A stretch of 64,000 nt of DNA from Candidatus Altimarinota bacterium (lineage in GTDB: Bacteria; Patescibacteriota; Gracilibacteria; BD1-5; JAGOOR01): positions 3,040-67,039 of the forward strand of contig JALQUC010000011.1 in NCBI GenBank assembly GCA_023268615.1, read 5' to 3'. Numbering within the stretch: the first letter of the stretch is position 1; every line of letters begins with the position of its first letter. This document shows, in pieces, positions 24,758 to 35,467 of this stretch. Under the pieces are notes generated by a model. The model saw only the letters and a program-made list of their open reading frames with translations. It was not told where the DNA came from and made no database searches. Both the position numbers and the translations under genes were made by a program.

Positions 24758-25461
24758 ATGAGTCCGAGTTGTTTCGCTCCTGCGATGTATTGCTTTATAT
24801 TCACGCAGGCATTTTCTCATACTTGTTCGTGGTGTCTATGAGCCATATTCACGAGTTGGAGGACTTGCTCCATAGATTCGACTTGTATGGTCATCTCATA
24901 GTCTTGTTCAGTCATATATCCGTTTGCGAGGACTTCGTCTCTGAGAAATTTCTTGAGATGTTTATAGCCATTCCCCCAGAGGATAATCGGCGTACGACAG
25001 ACATGCCCTACCTGCATCAGCTGCCAAGTGTAGAAGAGCTCGAGAAGTGTCCCGATACCACCAGGCGTGATGATAAATACATGAGACAGGAGCATAAATG
25101 TATCGAGACGTGCTGAAAAAGTACTCTTTGTCTCAGTAAAATCGAGATACTTATTAGGTTTTTGTTCAAAGGGCAGCTCGATATTGATACCTATAGATTG
25201 ACCCTTGAGACATGATTTTTCTGCGAGGGCATGTCATTTTGACGCTGCCTCCATTGCTCCAGGTCCACCACCAGTGACGATATCATAATTACTCTTTGAG
25301 AGATTTTCCGCGAGCTTGACTATGTCCTCATAGACTGTGTCTCCTGGCTTGATCCTCGCGGAGCCAAATATAGCAGTTCTGAATCGATTGTCTGCAATGA
25401 TTTGGAGGAGCCTGTTTTTATCACCGAGATCTTCTGTGCAGAGTTTTTTCTTATTTTTCAT
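24754..25461 (-). CDS. LOG / TIGR00730-family Rossmann-fold nucleotide-binding protein
   Basis: 235 aa with 2 TGA. Motifs [24 protein letters not shown] and [14 protein letters not shown] at 24754 overlaps the dnaB stop. Confidence 0.75.
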
Positions 25462-25810
25462 TACCTATAATTTTAGTATCATTTTTGATATGTTCAAGCT
25501 CTTGATTGAGGAAGTAATTGAGAAATGTTCTGATAACTACTATACCACCTAAGAGTGTTAATTGTTCGAGAGTAGGCTTGAATATTGTTTCTATGATATC
25601 TGCTGCGACGAGAAACTCGAGACCGAGGAGGAGATAGACTCCGAGTCGGTATCGGATAGCATTGTGAGAGATGTGTTTTTTACCAGTTTCGAGCTCGACG
25701 CCGATAAAATCAAAAAATCCACGCAGTACACCAGTGAGGATAATTCCTATACCGATGAGCCCTACGAAAATAGCAAAAGTGTCGATAGCGTGAAGTATGT
25801 CTATATTCAT
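25451..25810 (-). CDS. DUF1622-like small membrane protein
   Basis: Uninterrupted 119-aa ORF with 3-4 TM helices (..LGLEFLVAADIIETI..). Confidence 0.6.
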   Translation of the reverse strand: MNIDILHAIDTFAIFVGLIGIGIILTGVLRGFFDFIGVELETGKKHISHNAIRYRLGVYLLLGLEFLVAADIIETIFKPTLEQLTLLGGIVVIRTFLNYFLNQELEHIKNDTKIIGNEK

Positions 25811-25824
25811 GCTATTAGTCTATC

Positions 25825-26565
25825 CTATTTTTTATCGTTTTTCAAATGAATCCAGTCTTCTGCTTTTTTGAGCTGATCGAGGGTGCCAATATCGAACCAT
25901 TCGCCTTTGAGTGGTGTTCCATATATGTCGTCTTTTTGGCAGAGATACGCGATAAAATCTCCCGCTCTGTCTGCTTTTCCTGATTCGATGACATCTTTCG
26001 CATGACTGAGGGAACTGTTTTTTAGTATATAGATGAGTGTCGCATGGAGTGTAGAAGTCGGATTTGCTGGTTTTTCTATGAAATTCATAACCTTATTATC
26101 TTCATCCATCTCGAGATTGTTAAATCCTTTGACGAGTTCGAGGTCTTTTTCTTCATGGAGGACAATGACATTGCCCTTTTTGTGAAAGAGATCTACTGCA
26201 TTTTGGAGAGAATCTTCAAAGAAATTATCTCCACCCAGTATGATGACATCTTCGTTGATATCATAGTTTTCAATGACATACTGTATATCACCGACTGATC
26301 CGAGTCGGTCTTCGTTGGTGAGCGTGCCATCATTGACGATGGTTATATTCGAGAAATTTTTCCCCTGCAACCACTCTTCAAAGACATGAGAGAATTTTGC
26401 ATTGGAGACGATAAAAATTTCTGATATCTCAGGGATTTTATTGAGTTTCTCCACGAGATATTCGATCATAGGTTTTCCGCCCACCATAATCATCGGTTTT
26501 GGAGCATTGATAGTGAGGGGGTAGAGGCGTGTACCATAACCACCTGCTAAAATAATAGCCTGCAT
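25825..26565 (-). CDS. sugar-phosphate nucleotidyltransferase (NTP_transferase family)
   Basis: MQAIILAGGYGTRLYPLT..KPM N-terminal signature. ATG 26565 chosen inside track ORF 25825..26625. Confidence 0.8.
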   Translation of the reverse strand: MQAIILAGGYGTRLYPLTINAPKPMIMVGGKPMIEYLVEKLNKIPEISEIFIVSNAKFSHVFEEWLQGKNFSNITIVNDGTLTNEDRLGSVGDIQYVIENYDINEDVIILGGDNFFEDSLQNAVDLFHKKGNVIVLHEEKDLELVKGFNNLEMDEDNKVMNFIEKPANPTSTLHATLIYILKNSSLSHAKDVIESGKADRAGDFIAYLCQKDDIYGTPLKGEWFDIGTLDQLKKAEDWIHLKNDKK

Positions 26566-26672
26566 AGTCAATATTATACGAGAAATTCCTGGTATTTTAA
26601 TCACTCTTCTGTTTTTGCAAATCAAAACTTTTTCATATACTTGCGCACGACATTACTTATCATTTTTTCTCT

Positions 26673-28658
26673 ATGGCTCAAAAAAATTCCGAACTCACTC
26701 AATCACAAAAAAAGAAACTCCAAGAAACATCTGCGGCTGGTACTCCAGGACAGTCTCATAAGAAAAAACCACAAAAAAAGAAATATTCAGCCCTTCTGAG
26801 CCTTTTTGTTGTGTGTTTGGTCTTTGGAGGAAGTATTTTTTACCTCTTTCAGGGTGTCAATCAGTCCAAGGATATCCCAATTTCTGAATTTGTTCAGTCA
26901 TACAAAACTGGTAAGTACAGCATCGTAGAAGTGAGAGATAGTACTATTATTGGTACTGTAGCTCGATCTGAGGGTACGAGTACGACTCCACAATTTGATT
27001 TCTCAGCAATAGCTAAAGAGGTTCCTGTGACAGAAACAGCGACACTCCCAGTCCAAGACTCGCTCAAGGATATAGGTATTGATATCAATGCTCCTCTGAA
27101 TGCTGTTAAAATCATCGATACTTCATCGATGCATTTCTGGGCAGATCTCGCTCCGACTATTATCGGAACACTTCTCTTCATCGGTATATTCATACTGCTT
27201 ATGGGGCGGATGATGGCAGGCTCTGGCGGTGGACCAATGGGTTTCGTCAAAAACAAGGCAAAGCGCTATGAACCAGCGAAGGGCAAAATCATGTTTACTG
27301 ATGTTGCTGGTTCTGCTGAGGAAAAACAAGACCTCCAAGAATTCGTCGACTTCCTCAAAAATCCTAATAAATACAAAAAACTCGGTGCAAAAATCCCACG
27401 AGGTGTCCTCATGGTCGGTCCTCCAGGAACGGGTAAGACACTCCTCGCTCGTGCAGTGGCAGGGGAGAGCAATGTCCCATTTTACTCTATCTCTGGTTCT
27501 GAATTTGTGGAGATGTTTGTGGGTGTTGGTGCTGCTCGAGTTCGTGATCTTTTTGCTGAAGCCAAGGCTCATGCACCAGCTATTATATTTATCGACGAGA
27601 TAGATGCTATTGGTAAGAAACGATCAACTGGTTTCGGTGGCTGACACGATGAACGAGAGCAGACTCTCAATCAGATTCTCACAGAAATGGATGGATTTGA
27701 TAATGATACCAATGTCATCATCATGGGTGCTACGAATCGTGCAGATGTCCTCGACAAGGCACTCCTTCGTCCAGGAAGATTTGACAGAAAAGTCACTATT
27801 CACCTCCCAAATCTCGAAGACCGTATCGCTATTCTCGAAGTTCATGCTCGCAACAAGCCTATGGCAAAAGATGTGAATTTCCGCAAAGTAGCGAGCTCAA
27901 CTATCTGATTTGCTGGTGCTGATCTCGAGAATCTCCTCAATGAAGCTGCTATTCTGGCTGGACGAGATAACTCTCAGGAAATCACTCAGCATATGCTCCA
28001 ACAGAGTATCGAGAAAATCGTCATGGGAAATACCAAGAAGTCTCATGTTATGACAGAATTTGAACAAAAGCTGACAGCCTACCATGAGGTCGGGCATGCT
28101 CTCGTAGGCAAGATGACCAAGCATTCTGATCCAGTCCACAAAATATCTATAATCTCTCGTGGATCTGCTGGTGGTGTCACCTGGTTTCTCCCAGAAAAGG
28201 ATCGTACTTATGTGACGAAGGCAAAAATGATTGATGAATTGGCTGTCTATTTTGGTGGTCGTGCTGCAGAGGAGATATTCTTTGGTCCGGAGTATATCAC
28301 GACAGGGGCATCATCTGACATAGAGAGAGCCACAGATATCGCTCGGAGCATGGTCACTCGTTATGGTTTTGACAGTGATATTGGTATGGAGAACATCGCA
28401 GGTCGTATGATTGCAGATAATCATCTTGGTGAGACGACTGATGGCTCTGAAGTCTCTGATGAAACAAAGCATCTCGTTGATAAAAAAGTCCGAAAGCTCC
28501 TCCTCGAAGCGTATGAAACAGCAAAAAAGATTATCCAATCAAACAAGGCTCTCCATGAGAAAATATCACAAATCCTCATGAAGAAACAGGAGATGCTCCA
28601 GGATGAATTTGATGCTTTCTTTGAGGGGATGGAAGTGCCTGAGAAGGTACTACTCTAA
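26673..28658 (+). CDS. ftsH: ATP-dependent zinc metalloprotease FtsH
   Basis: 661 aa. Motifs [24 protein letters not shown](TGA)[10 protein letters not shown], G(TGA)FAGADLENL and HEVGHA. Confidence 0.95.
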
Positions 28659-28749
28659 TCCTTTTTGTGAGAAGAGTAGAGGTTATAAAGTTGCCTTTTT
28701 ACTATTTTGTGTATTATCTCCCCGTTTTTAACTCTCTAAAACGCATTTT

Positions 28750-29307
28750 ATGGCTAGCATGGACGAACTCAAGGTCGGTAAAAAAATCATCGTAGATGGT
28801 CAACCGTATGAAGTAACAAAGTCTGAACACCTCAAGGTGGCGATGGGTAAGGGTATGGAAAAGTGTACTATAGTAAATCTCCTCAATGGTAAATCTATGC
28901 AGGCGACTTTTCATGCTGTAGATAAAGTCGAACCAGCTGATATCCAGATGCGAGATGCTGATTATCAGTATTTCGATGGTACTGCGTATCATTTTATGGA
29001 TACTACGAGCTATGATAGTTATTTCATCAGTGCAGATGTCATCGGTGAAAAAAAATACTTCCTCGTCGAAGGTGACAAAACAACAGTTATGTTCTGGGAC
29101 GGTAATCCTATCAATGTACAGATAGATCCATCTGTGACACTCGAGGTCGTCGATACTCCACCAGGAGAAAAAGGAAATAGCGCCTCAAACAATCTCAAAC
29201 CAGCAACACTCAATACTGGCCTCGAAATCAAAGTCCCCCTCTTTATTGGACAAGGTGAAAAAGTCCGTGTAGATAGCCGTACTTATGAATATCTCGGACG
29301 TGCTTAG
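28750..29307 (+). CDS. efp: elongation factor P
   Basis: Uninterrupted 185-aa ORF with LKVGKKIIVDGQPYEV.. and ..KPATLNTGLEIKVPLFI. Confidence 0.92.
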   Translation: MASMDELKVGKKIIVDGQPYEVTKSEHLKVAMGKGMEKCTIVNLLNGKSMQATFHAVDKVEPADIQMRDADYQYFDGTAYHFMDTTSYDSYFISADVIGEKKYFLVEGDKTTVMFWDGNPINVQIDPSVTLEVVDTPPGEKGNSASNNLKPATLNTGLEIKVPLFIGQGEKVRVDSRTYEYLGRA

Positions 29308-29330
29308 TTTTGATTATATTTTTGATTAAA

Positions 29331-29360
29331 AGCTCGACATTTGTCGGGCTTTTATTTTTT
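29331..29360 (+). terminator. rho-independent terminator candidate downstream of efp
   Basis: Stem AGCTCGAC / GTCGGGCT (one G-T pair) with loop ATTT, followed by TTTATTTTTT. Confidence 0.5.
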
Positions 29361-29762
29361 TACCAAAAATGTCACAGGTTTCAAAAAGAATGCGAAAAAT
29401 GAGATGATATTCATGTATATACTGAGAGTCAAAAATCCAGCTCCAGTTGCTATCCAGAGTGCTAGGTTGTGTTCGAATAATTGTTCTACAGGATCTCGTT
29501 CACCTGTTGGAGCAGGTGTAGAGACTTCTTCTTTGATATTTTCTTCTGCTACTTTGACACCAAATACTCGAGCTATTTCCTTGTAGGAATCAGCTATGGT
29601 ATTGATAGTTGCTTCTCATCGCTGGCTGATTGTTCTCTGTGTTGCTCGACTCTTGAGATATATTTCTTTGATATCTGTGACAAAGACCTGTGTTGGTCCA
29701 TAGACAGTAATGCCTACCCAGAGGGAGAGTACGAGACCAATGATAAAGACTACGAGTTTCAT
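29352..29762 (-). CDS. hypothetical two-TM membrane protein (downstream of the pilin-like gene)
   Basis: 136 aa: MKLVVFIIGLVLSLWVGITVYG.. N-terminal TM helix and a C-terminal TM helix. One TGA. ATG 29762, TAA 29352. Confidence 0.5.
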
Positions 29763-29769
29763 GAGAAGA

Positions 29770-30417
29770 TTAATTACAAATTACTTTCCAGCTTCCATCT
29801 GGATTCTTTTCTGTGTTTTCTTGTTCGTAGGTCAGACCTGTTCTGCGGTCTATGTGTATCTGGTGCGCTGTACTCGTGTGTTTGAGGAGGAGTACGACAC
29901 GGTAGGGTGCATCATCTGTTGGATTCTCTGTGATAAATTTGATAGTATCATTTCTAAATTCTATCTGTATTTTTTTGAGATCGAGAGGTGCGGCTACCTC
30001 AGTACACTCGTAGAGTTCAGCTTCGAGAGCTGCGAGTGACCATGATTTGGTTATTTTTGAGTCTGCATCATAGGCGTTTTCATCTGTTTCTGCGAGATTT
30101 ACTTCTGAGGTAAATCAGATACTATTTGGCGTTGTTCAGAAATCGAGTTCAATGAGTCGTTTTCTCACTATTTTCCCATCAAGTGTTTTGCCGAGAAGGG
30201 CATTTACTTTTTCTTCATCGACAGCTGCTACTATTTTGACAGCTATTTCTTCGACTTTATTTCTCTCACGAGTTCGAAAAAGTCCTCCTATATTACCGAG
30301 CTGTGTCAGTAAAACTATGATTACAATGACAATCATTATTTCCACAAGTGTGAATCAGCCTCGTCTGCTATTTTTTTCTTTCCCAAAAAGTGTTTTTGGT
30401 GTAGTATTTCAGTACAT
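29770..30417 (-). CDS. type IV pilin / pseudopilin-like protein with prepilin-type N-terminus
   Basis: 215 aa. Leader MYGNTTPKTLFGKEKNSRRG-G(TGA)|FTLVEIMIVIVIIVLL matches the class III signal (G-1, F+1, E+5). Confidence 0.75.
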
Positions 30418-30434
30418 TTATCAAAAATTATTTT

Positions 30435-31289
30435 ATGTACAGAGTATATATTCTCCTCTTTCTTGCAATAGCCTCGTCTGTCTTTGCAGTTGATTCTTTT
30501 CAGAGTATTCTCCAAGCAAAGAAAATAGGCGATACTGCGGTCACGGTTTCATGGACACCTATACCAGAAGCGACTCAGTACAAGATTTTTTATGATGAGA
30601 GCGCTCTCCTCGAACCTGAGGATCCTCGTCTACTCTTTGACACTGATTATATCTCTACAACTGAGGGCGAGCTCACAGAGATAACCCCTGCAACAGAATA
30701 CACAATCATCGTTCGTGGTTATAATGCCGAATCACAGGAAATAGGCGCTACACTTCCACTCCATGTGAAGACATATTCTCGTGCTCCAGATATGAATCTC
30801 GTTCGTGATCCTCTCGTGAGCAGCGATACAACTGTCGAGCTCTGATTTTCTCGTCCCATAGATACTACAAAGACCCAAATACAGCTCATCGATACTGCAA
30901 CAAAAAAGCCTCTTCCTGTGGAAAATATCAAAAATTCTCCTAATGATCTACGAATCGTATTAGTCACGCTCAAGACAAAGATGGAGCTCGATGGTCAGTA
31001 TGAGCTCACCCTCCAAAAAGTGACCTCTCTCGATGGGGCTGAGTTGCCAGCCGAAAATCGTATACCACTCAAGGTCGTCTATGGCGGATCACTCCCACCT
31101 CTTGATACCCTACCTCTCGATGTGGTACCTTCTCCTGGTCCTCTCGAAGAAGAGATAGCTGAACCAGTCCTGACGGAGCCAGTTCCTATTGATAGACTCC
31201 CACAAACAGGTCCCGCTTCGATATTTTTATTATTTCTCATTGCTCTTGGTCTCTTTTTTGCACAAAAAAAGCTCTCAAAGAGAGCTTAA
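30435..31289 (+). CDS. secreted FN3-like protein with C-terminal LPXTG sortase anchor
   Basis: Signal peptide MYRVYILLFLAIASSVFA, FN3-like segment (TAVTVSWTPIPEATQYKIFY), one TGA, and C-terminus LPQTG + hydrophobic helix + KKLSKRA. Confidence 0.75.
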
Positions 31290-31306
31290 TTTGCTAGAAT
31301 AATAGA

Positions 31307-31996
31307 CTAGATTTTTACTGGAACAGAAGGGCCCATAGCAGTACAAACATAGACAGCTTCTATAAAAGTCACTGTTGGCTTGAGTCCTGAAGGACGAGCT
31401 TCTTTAACATGTTGGATGAAATTCTCGAGATTTTCTGTGAGTTTCTTTGATCCAAATGAGAGTTTTCCAAAGACACCATGGATGCCACCTTGTTTGTCGT
31501 TTTTTACTTCAAATTTACCACCTTTGAGTTCTTTGAGGATACTGGTGAGATCGTCACCGACAGTTCCAGATTTTGGATTTGGCATGAGACCTTTTGGACC
31601 GAGAACTTTCGCGATTTTACCCATTTTTCTCATCATAGCTGGAGTAGCAATAGCGATGTCAAAATTGGTAGGGATAGAGCCAGATTCGATACCTGAGATG
31701 AGATCATCACCACCAGCTACGAGTGCACCACCTGAGATGAGAGATTTTTCATCACCTGCATCAGTAAAGGCAGCAATTTTGATGTCTTTACCTGTTCCAT
31801 GGGGGAGAGTCATACCCATACGAATCATCTGGTCAGCTCGAGTAGGGTTGATACCGAGTCTGAAATGAATCTCGACCGTTGGGTCGAATTTCACAAAATT
31901 AGTCTTTTCGAGAAGCGCGACAGCTTCTTCGACACTGTATGTCTTGCCTTCATCAATGAATTTGATGGCAGCGTTATATTTTTTGCCTCGTGGCAT
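31307..31996 (-). CDS. rplA: 50S ribosomal protein L1
   Basis: 229 aa from MPRGKKY.. with ..PHGTGKDIKIAAF.. and ..LGPKGLMPNPKSGTV. No TGA. Confidence 0.93.
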   Translation of the reverse strand: MPRGKKYNAAIKFIDEGKTYSVEEAVALLEKTNFVKFDPTVEIHFRLGINPTRADQMIRMGMTLPHGTGKDIKIAAFTDAGDEKSLISGGALVAGGDDLISGIESGSIPTNFDIAIATPAMMRKMGKIAKVLGPKGLMPNPKSGTVGDDLTSILKELKGGKFEVKNDKQGGIHGVFGKLSFGSKKLTENLENFIQHVKEARPSGLKPTVTFIEAVYVCTAMGPSVPVKI

Positions 31997-32109
31997 AAAA
32001 GAAAGATAAAGAAATATTGGTGCGAGCGTTGCGCAAATGCGAACTCCCAACGGGTGACATGATATAAAAATCTTGCGAAATGCAAGAAATTTGTACTATT
32101 GGATGTACT

Positions 32110-32415
32110 ATGATTACTATAAAACTCAGAGATGTCTCTGGTAATTGGCATACTTTTACCGGAGATTCCAAAATATCTATCACCGAACAGTGTGAAAAAC
32201 TCGGTATTGATTCGCCTTTTGCCTGTCGCGCAGGCGCATGTACTACCTGTGCTTGTCGTGTCAGATCTGGTGCAGAACATCTCGTGCAAAATAGATTTGG
32301 AGAAAAACTCATAGAGACTGACGATGACCAATTTCTGGCCTGTATCGGTGGTCTCCATGAGTGACACGCTGCCTCAACTGAAAACTACGAAGTAGTCCTA
32401 GATTACACGGAGTAG
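32110..32415 (+). CDS. plant-type [2Fe-2S] ferredoxin
   Basis: Motif FACRAGACTTCACRV..LACIG. One TGA (32362), TAG at 32413. Confidence 0.75.
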
Positions 32416-32416
32416 T

Positions 32417-32881
32417 CTATTTGAAGAAGAAGGGAGCTATGGTTTTGAGTATCCACGGGACGAGTGCGAGTGCTACGAGACCGATGAGTATATCCATGAT
32501 TTTGCTCTTGGCTTTGCTTTTTATTTCTTCTGTTGCAACACCGGAGATAGACATACCTATACCGAGTATGACCATGAGGAGGACGCCTATGACGAGACTG
32601 ATAAAGAAGATATATTTGTATATACTTGAGATAAATTCTATAAATCCATTTGATGCTGAAATATAGCATTTATATCGTGCCATCTGACTGTTGTTTCCAA
32701 AAAAACCACCAAAGCTTCACTTTTCTCCCGCAATCCCGCAGGGTTCACTTGTGTAGGTCACAATTTGGAGATTTTTCCCGAGAAGTCCTGGAGGGAGATC
32801 ATCCTGTTGGTAATTTCACCCCTGTGCCCAGGCACACGATGTCGCGAGGAGAGTGAGTATGAGTATGTATATTTTTTTCAT
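32417..32881 (-). CDS. secreted TrbC/VirB2-like (T4SS pilin-like) protein, single module
   Basis: 154 aa. Signal peptide MKKIYILILTLLATSCAWAQG, 2 TGA, then TM - GVATEEIKSKAKSK - TM hairpin. Confidence 0.6.
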
Positions 32882-32887
32882 AGTTTT

Positions 32888-33865
32888 TTAGAAGAGATTA
32901 AGTCATACGAGTTCTACGAGAAGCGTGTATGAGAGTATGAGGAGTATCGTGGCAAAGAAAGTGTAGAGAATTATTTTTTTACCCTTATCAGCCCGTTCTT
33001 CATCTCCTGCTGCAGTGATGTAGTAGTATGACCCTATGATAATCGTGACGATAGCAATAGGTCCTGCCATAAAGAGGAAGAAATTTGCTCCTGCTACGAG
33101 TACACTGATGATGCCTGTGGTATTGAGCGTTCTTCAGAAGAATATAGCACGATAGATAGATTCGATAAATCCGACTATCACGAGAGCAATAGTTCCATAG
33201 ACGAGTCTCATTTTTGCAGTTTTTGATATGCCTTCATCTTTTCCTCAGAGGAGCATCGTAAATCATCCCCAAGTAAACATGACAACGGCTGTTCCAATCA
33301 TCGCCATTTCGAAAAATTTTACTATAGCAATCACACTACCATTTCCCCAGAAATTCTGTGGACAGAAGAAATAGTTACATGTTTCGAGAGCTGATTGGCT
33401 GAATTCTCCGCCCGGATCTCGTGTCGATATTGATCATACTTTACGACTAAAACCACTCGTCAGATAGCCACTTCCAGTGAATATACGATAGAGGAGCTCA
33501 GCGACATTGATCAGAAATAGTCCTATAACTATGAGGAGTATCCGATACATTCCATCACTGCGCTTTTCTTCACTTCCCATGCTGCTGACCCAGAGGAAAC
33601 CAACATAGAGCATAGCGAGGAGTGCTACACCATTGAGGATTATCCGGACAGCTTGGATAATATCAAGAGCGACATTTCTCACAGCTCATACGAGATCTCC
33701 AGAACCAGGGCGGAAGAGCGAGTTATCTGCGAGATTACGAGTACTGCTCGTGGCATTACCTATTCCTGTGACGCCAGCTGCCCATGAGGTATTCATTATG
33801 AGTACGCAGACACAGAAGAGTATGTGTGGTGCAAATTGACGAATGTTTTTGATAAAATAATGCAT
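32888..33865 (-). CDS. membrane protein made of three tandem T4SS pilin-like TM-hairpin modules (paralog of 12483..13397)
   Basis: 325 aa, codon-walked with 6 TGA and no TAA/TAG. The three loops are ..WVSSMGSEEKRSDG.., ..LLG(TGA)GKDEGISKTAK.. and ..ITAAGDEERADKGKK.., each flanked by TM helices. Confidence 0.65.
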
Positions 33866-33868
33866 AGA

Positions 33869-35383
33869 TTAAATATCCTGATTAGTAAAAAATCCTGAAT
33901 AATCTTCTCGGCGAATGATGCCTTTTTGTTCGAGTTCTTGAGCGTGAACATACATAGGGATCATGCCTTCTGACCGACCCATCTGGATGGCATTATTGAT
34001 CTGTGATAGGTCGCCTGAACGGATGAGATTTTTGATACCACTATTCACGAGCATGAGCTCGTAGATCGCTATTCGTTTATTTGTTCCATCTCTGCGAGGT
34101 ACCAATCTCTGCGATAGGACTCCCAGGAGACTATCTGCGAGTCTCGTGTATATCTGTCTCTGTTGTTCTGGACTGAAGAATTGAGCAATACGACTAATAG
34201 TCTGCACACTACCAGATGTATGGAGTGTAGAGAAGACGAGATGTCCTGTCTCTGCGAGATTAAGAGCTGCTTCGACTGTATCTGGATCACGCATCTCACC
34301 GATCATGACGACATTTGGGTCTTCTCGCATAGAGGCCCGAATAGCGGAGACAAACGAACTTGTATCCCTTCAGACTTCTCGCTGTGAAAATATAGATTTT
34401 TTGTCTTTGAAGAGGAATTCTATAGGGTCTTCGATGGTAATGATATTTTCACCACGAGTCTTATTGATTTCCTCGAGCATGGCAACGAGCGTCGTTGATT
34501 TACCTGACCCTGTCGGTCCTGTGACGAGTACGAGACCTTGTTTTGCATTAATAAAACGATCTATAGCTTGAGGTAAATCGAGTTCCTGCATCGTTTTGGC
34601 ATTTTGCTCAATTCTTCGGAAAGTGAAATTGAGATTTTCGAGTGCCCAGGCTCCGTTAACACGAAATGAAATACCATCCGTTTCTGTCACATAACCAAAG
34701 TCTACATCGTGTGATTTTTCGAGTTTTTCGAGTATGTCTGGGTGTTTTTGAAGTATCTTATTCTTGACCTGGTCCATGTGTTCTCGTGAGAGAGATGGTT
34801 CATGTTCCATTTTGATGAGGACTCATTCGATTCTCACTGTGATTGGTTTTCATCCTGCGAGATGTACATCTGATGCCTTTGCAGCTACTGCGTACCGCAA
34901 TATGCTCTCTATATTGAGTTGTTTTTTCTCTTCGTCATCAAAAAATTTCCACGATTTTGGATCAGTCGTATCTCAACTTGTGACATGAGATATATCTTGT
35001 TGCTGTTGTTTTTCTCGTACAAAATTAATTACCTGAGGAAATCTCTCTCGAGCATAGGCCTTAGCTTCATCAATACTCTGGACAATATGTACTGCTTGCC
35101 GGATTCCTGTTATTTCGAGGACATCTCCTATCTTTCCTGGAATAACAATCGTCGTGCCTCCATTATTTTGGAGGTATTTTGTTATCTCGAGTATACCGGT
35201 GATAAAATCAGTTTTGATTCCCTCAACACGACTCAAATCAAACACAGCTACTTGAGGTGCTTCTTTGGCGTATTTTAGTACGCTTCAGAATATCGCGGGT
35301 GATGATTTCTCGTCGAGAGTACCAACACAAGTGAGTATGAGGAGACCATCTTCGTGAGAGAGACTGTTTTGAGTTATTTCCAT
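33869..35383 (-). CDS. pilT: PilT-family type IV pilus retraction ATPase fused to an N-terminal STAS domain
   Basis: 504 aa, codon-walked. The first ~115 residues are STAS-like (..VAVFDLSRVEGIKTDFITGILEI..VLEITGIRQAVHIVQSIDEA). PilT core has GPTGSGKSTT, ITIEDPIEF, REDPNVVMIGEMRD and GHLVFSTLHT. Confidence 0.8.
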
Positions 35384-35467
35384 AACCAAATAATACCCTA
35401 TTTCTTCTCTATTTTCCAACTTCTTCGACTACGAGAGGAGCAAGAAGGATATTGACTTATTATTTAT

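Noticed and set aside
26673-28658. Apparent fragmentation of ftsH, and likewise secA, lepA, pcrA, dnaB, murD and pepD, into 2-6 ORFs, which could be read as pseudogenisation
   Set aside because: All fragments of each gene share one frame and are separated only by TGA, never by TAA or TAG. The TGA positions coincide with conserved Gly residues. The genes are intact under code 25.
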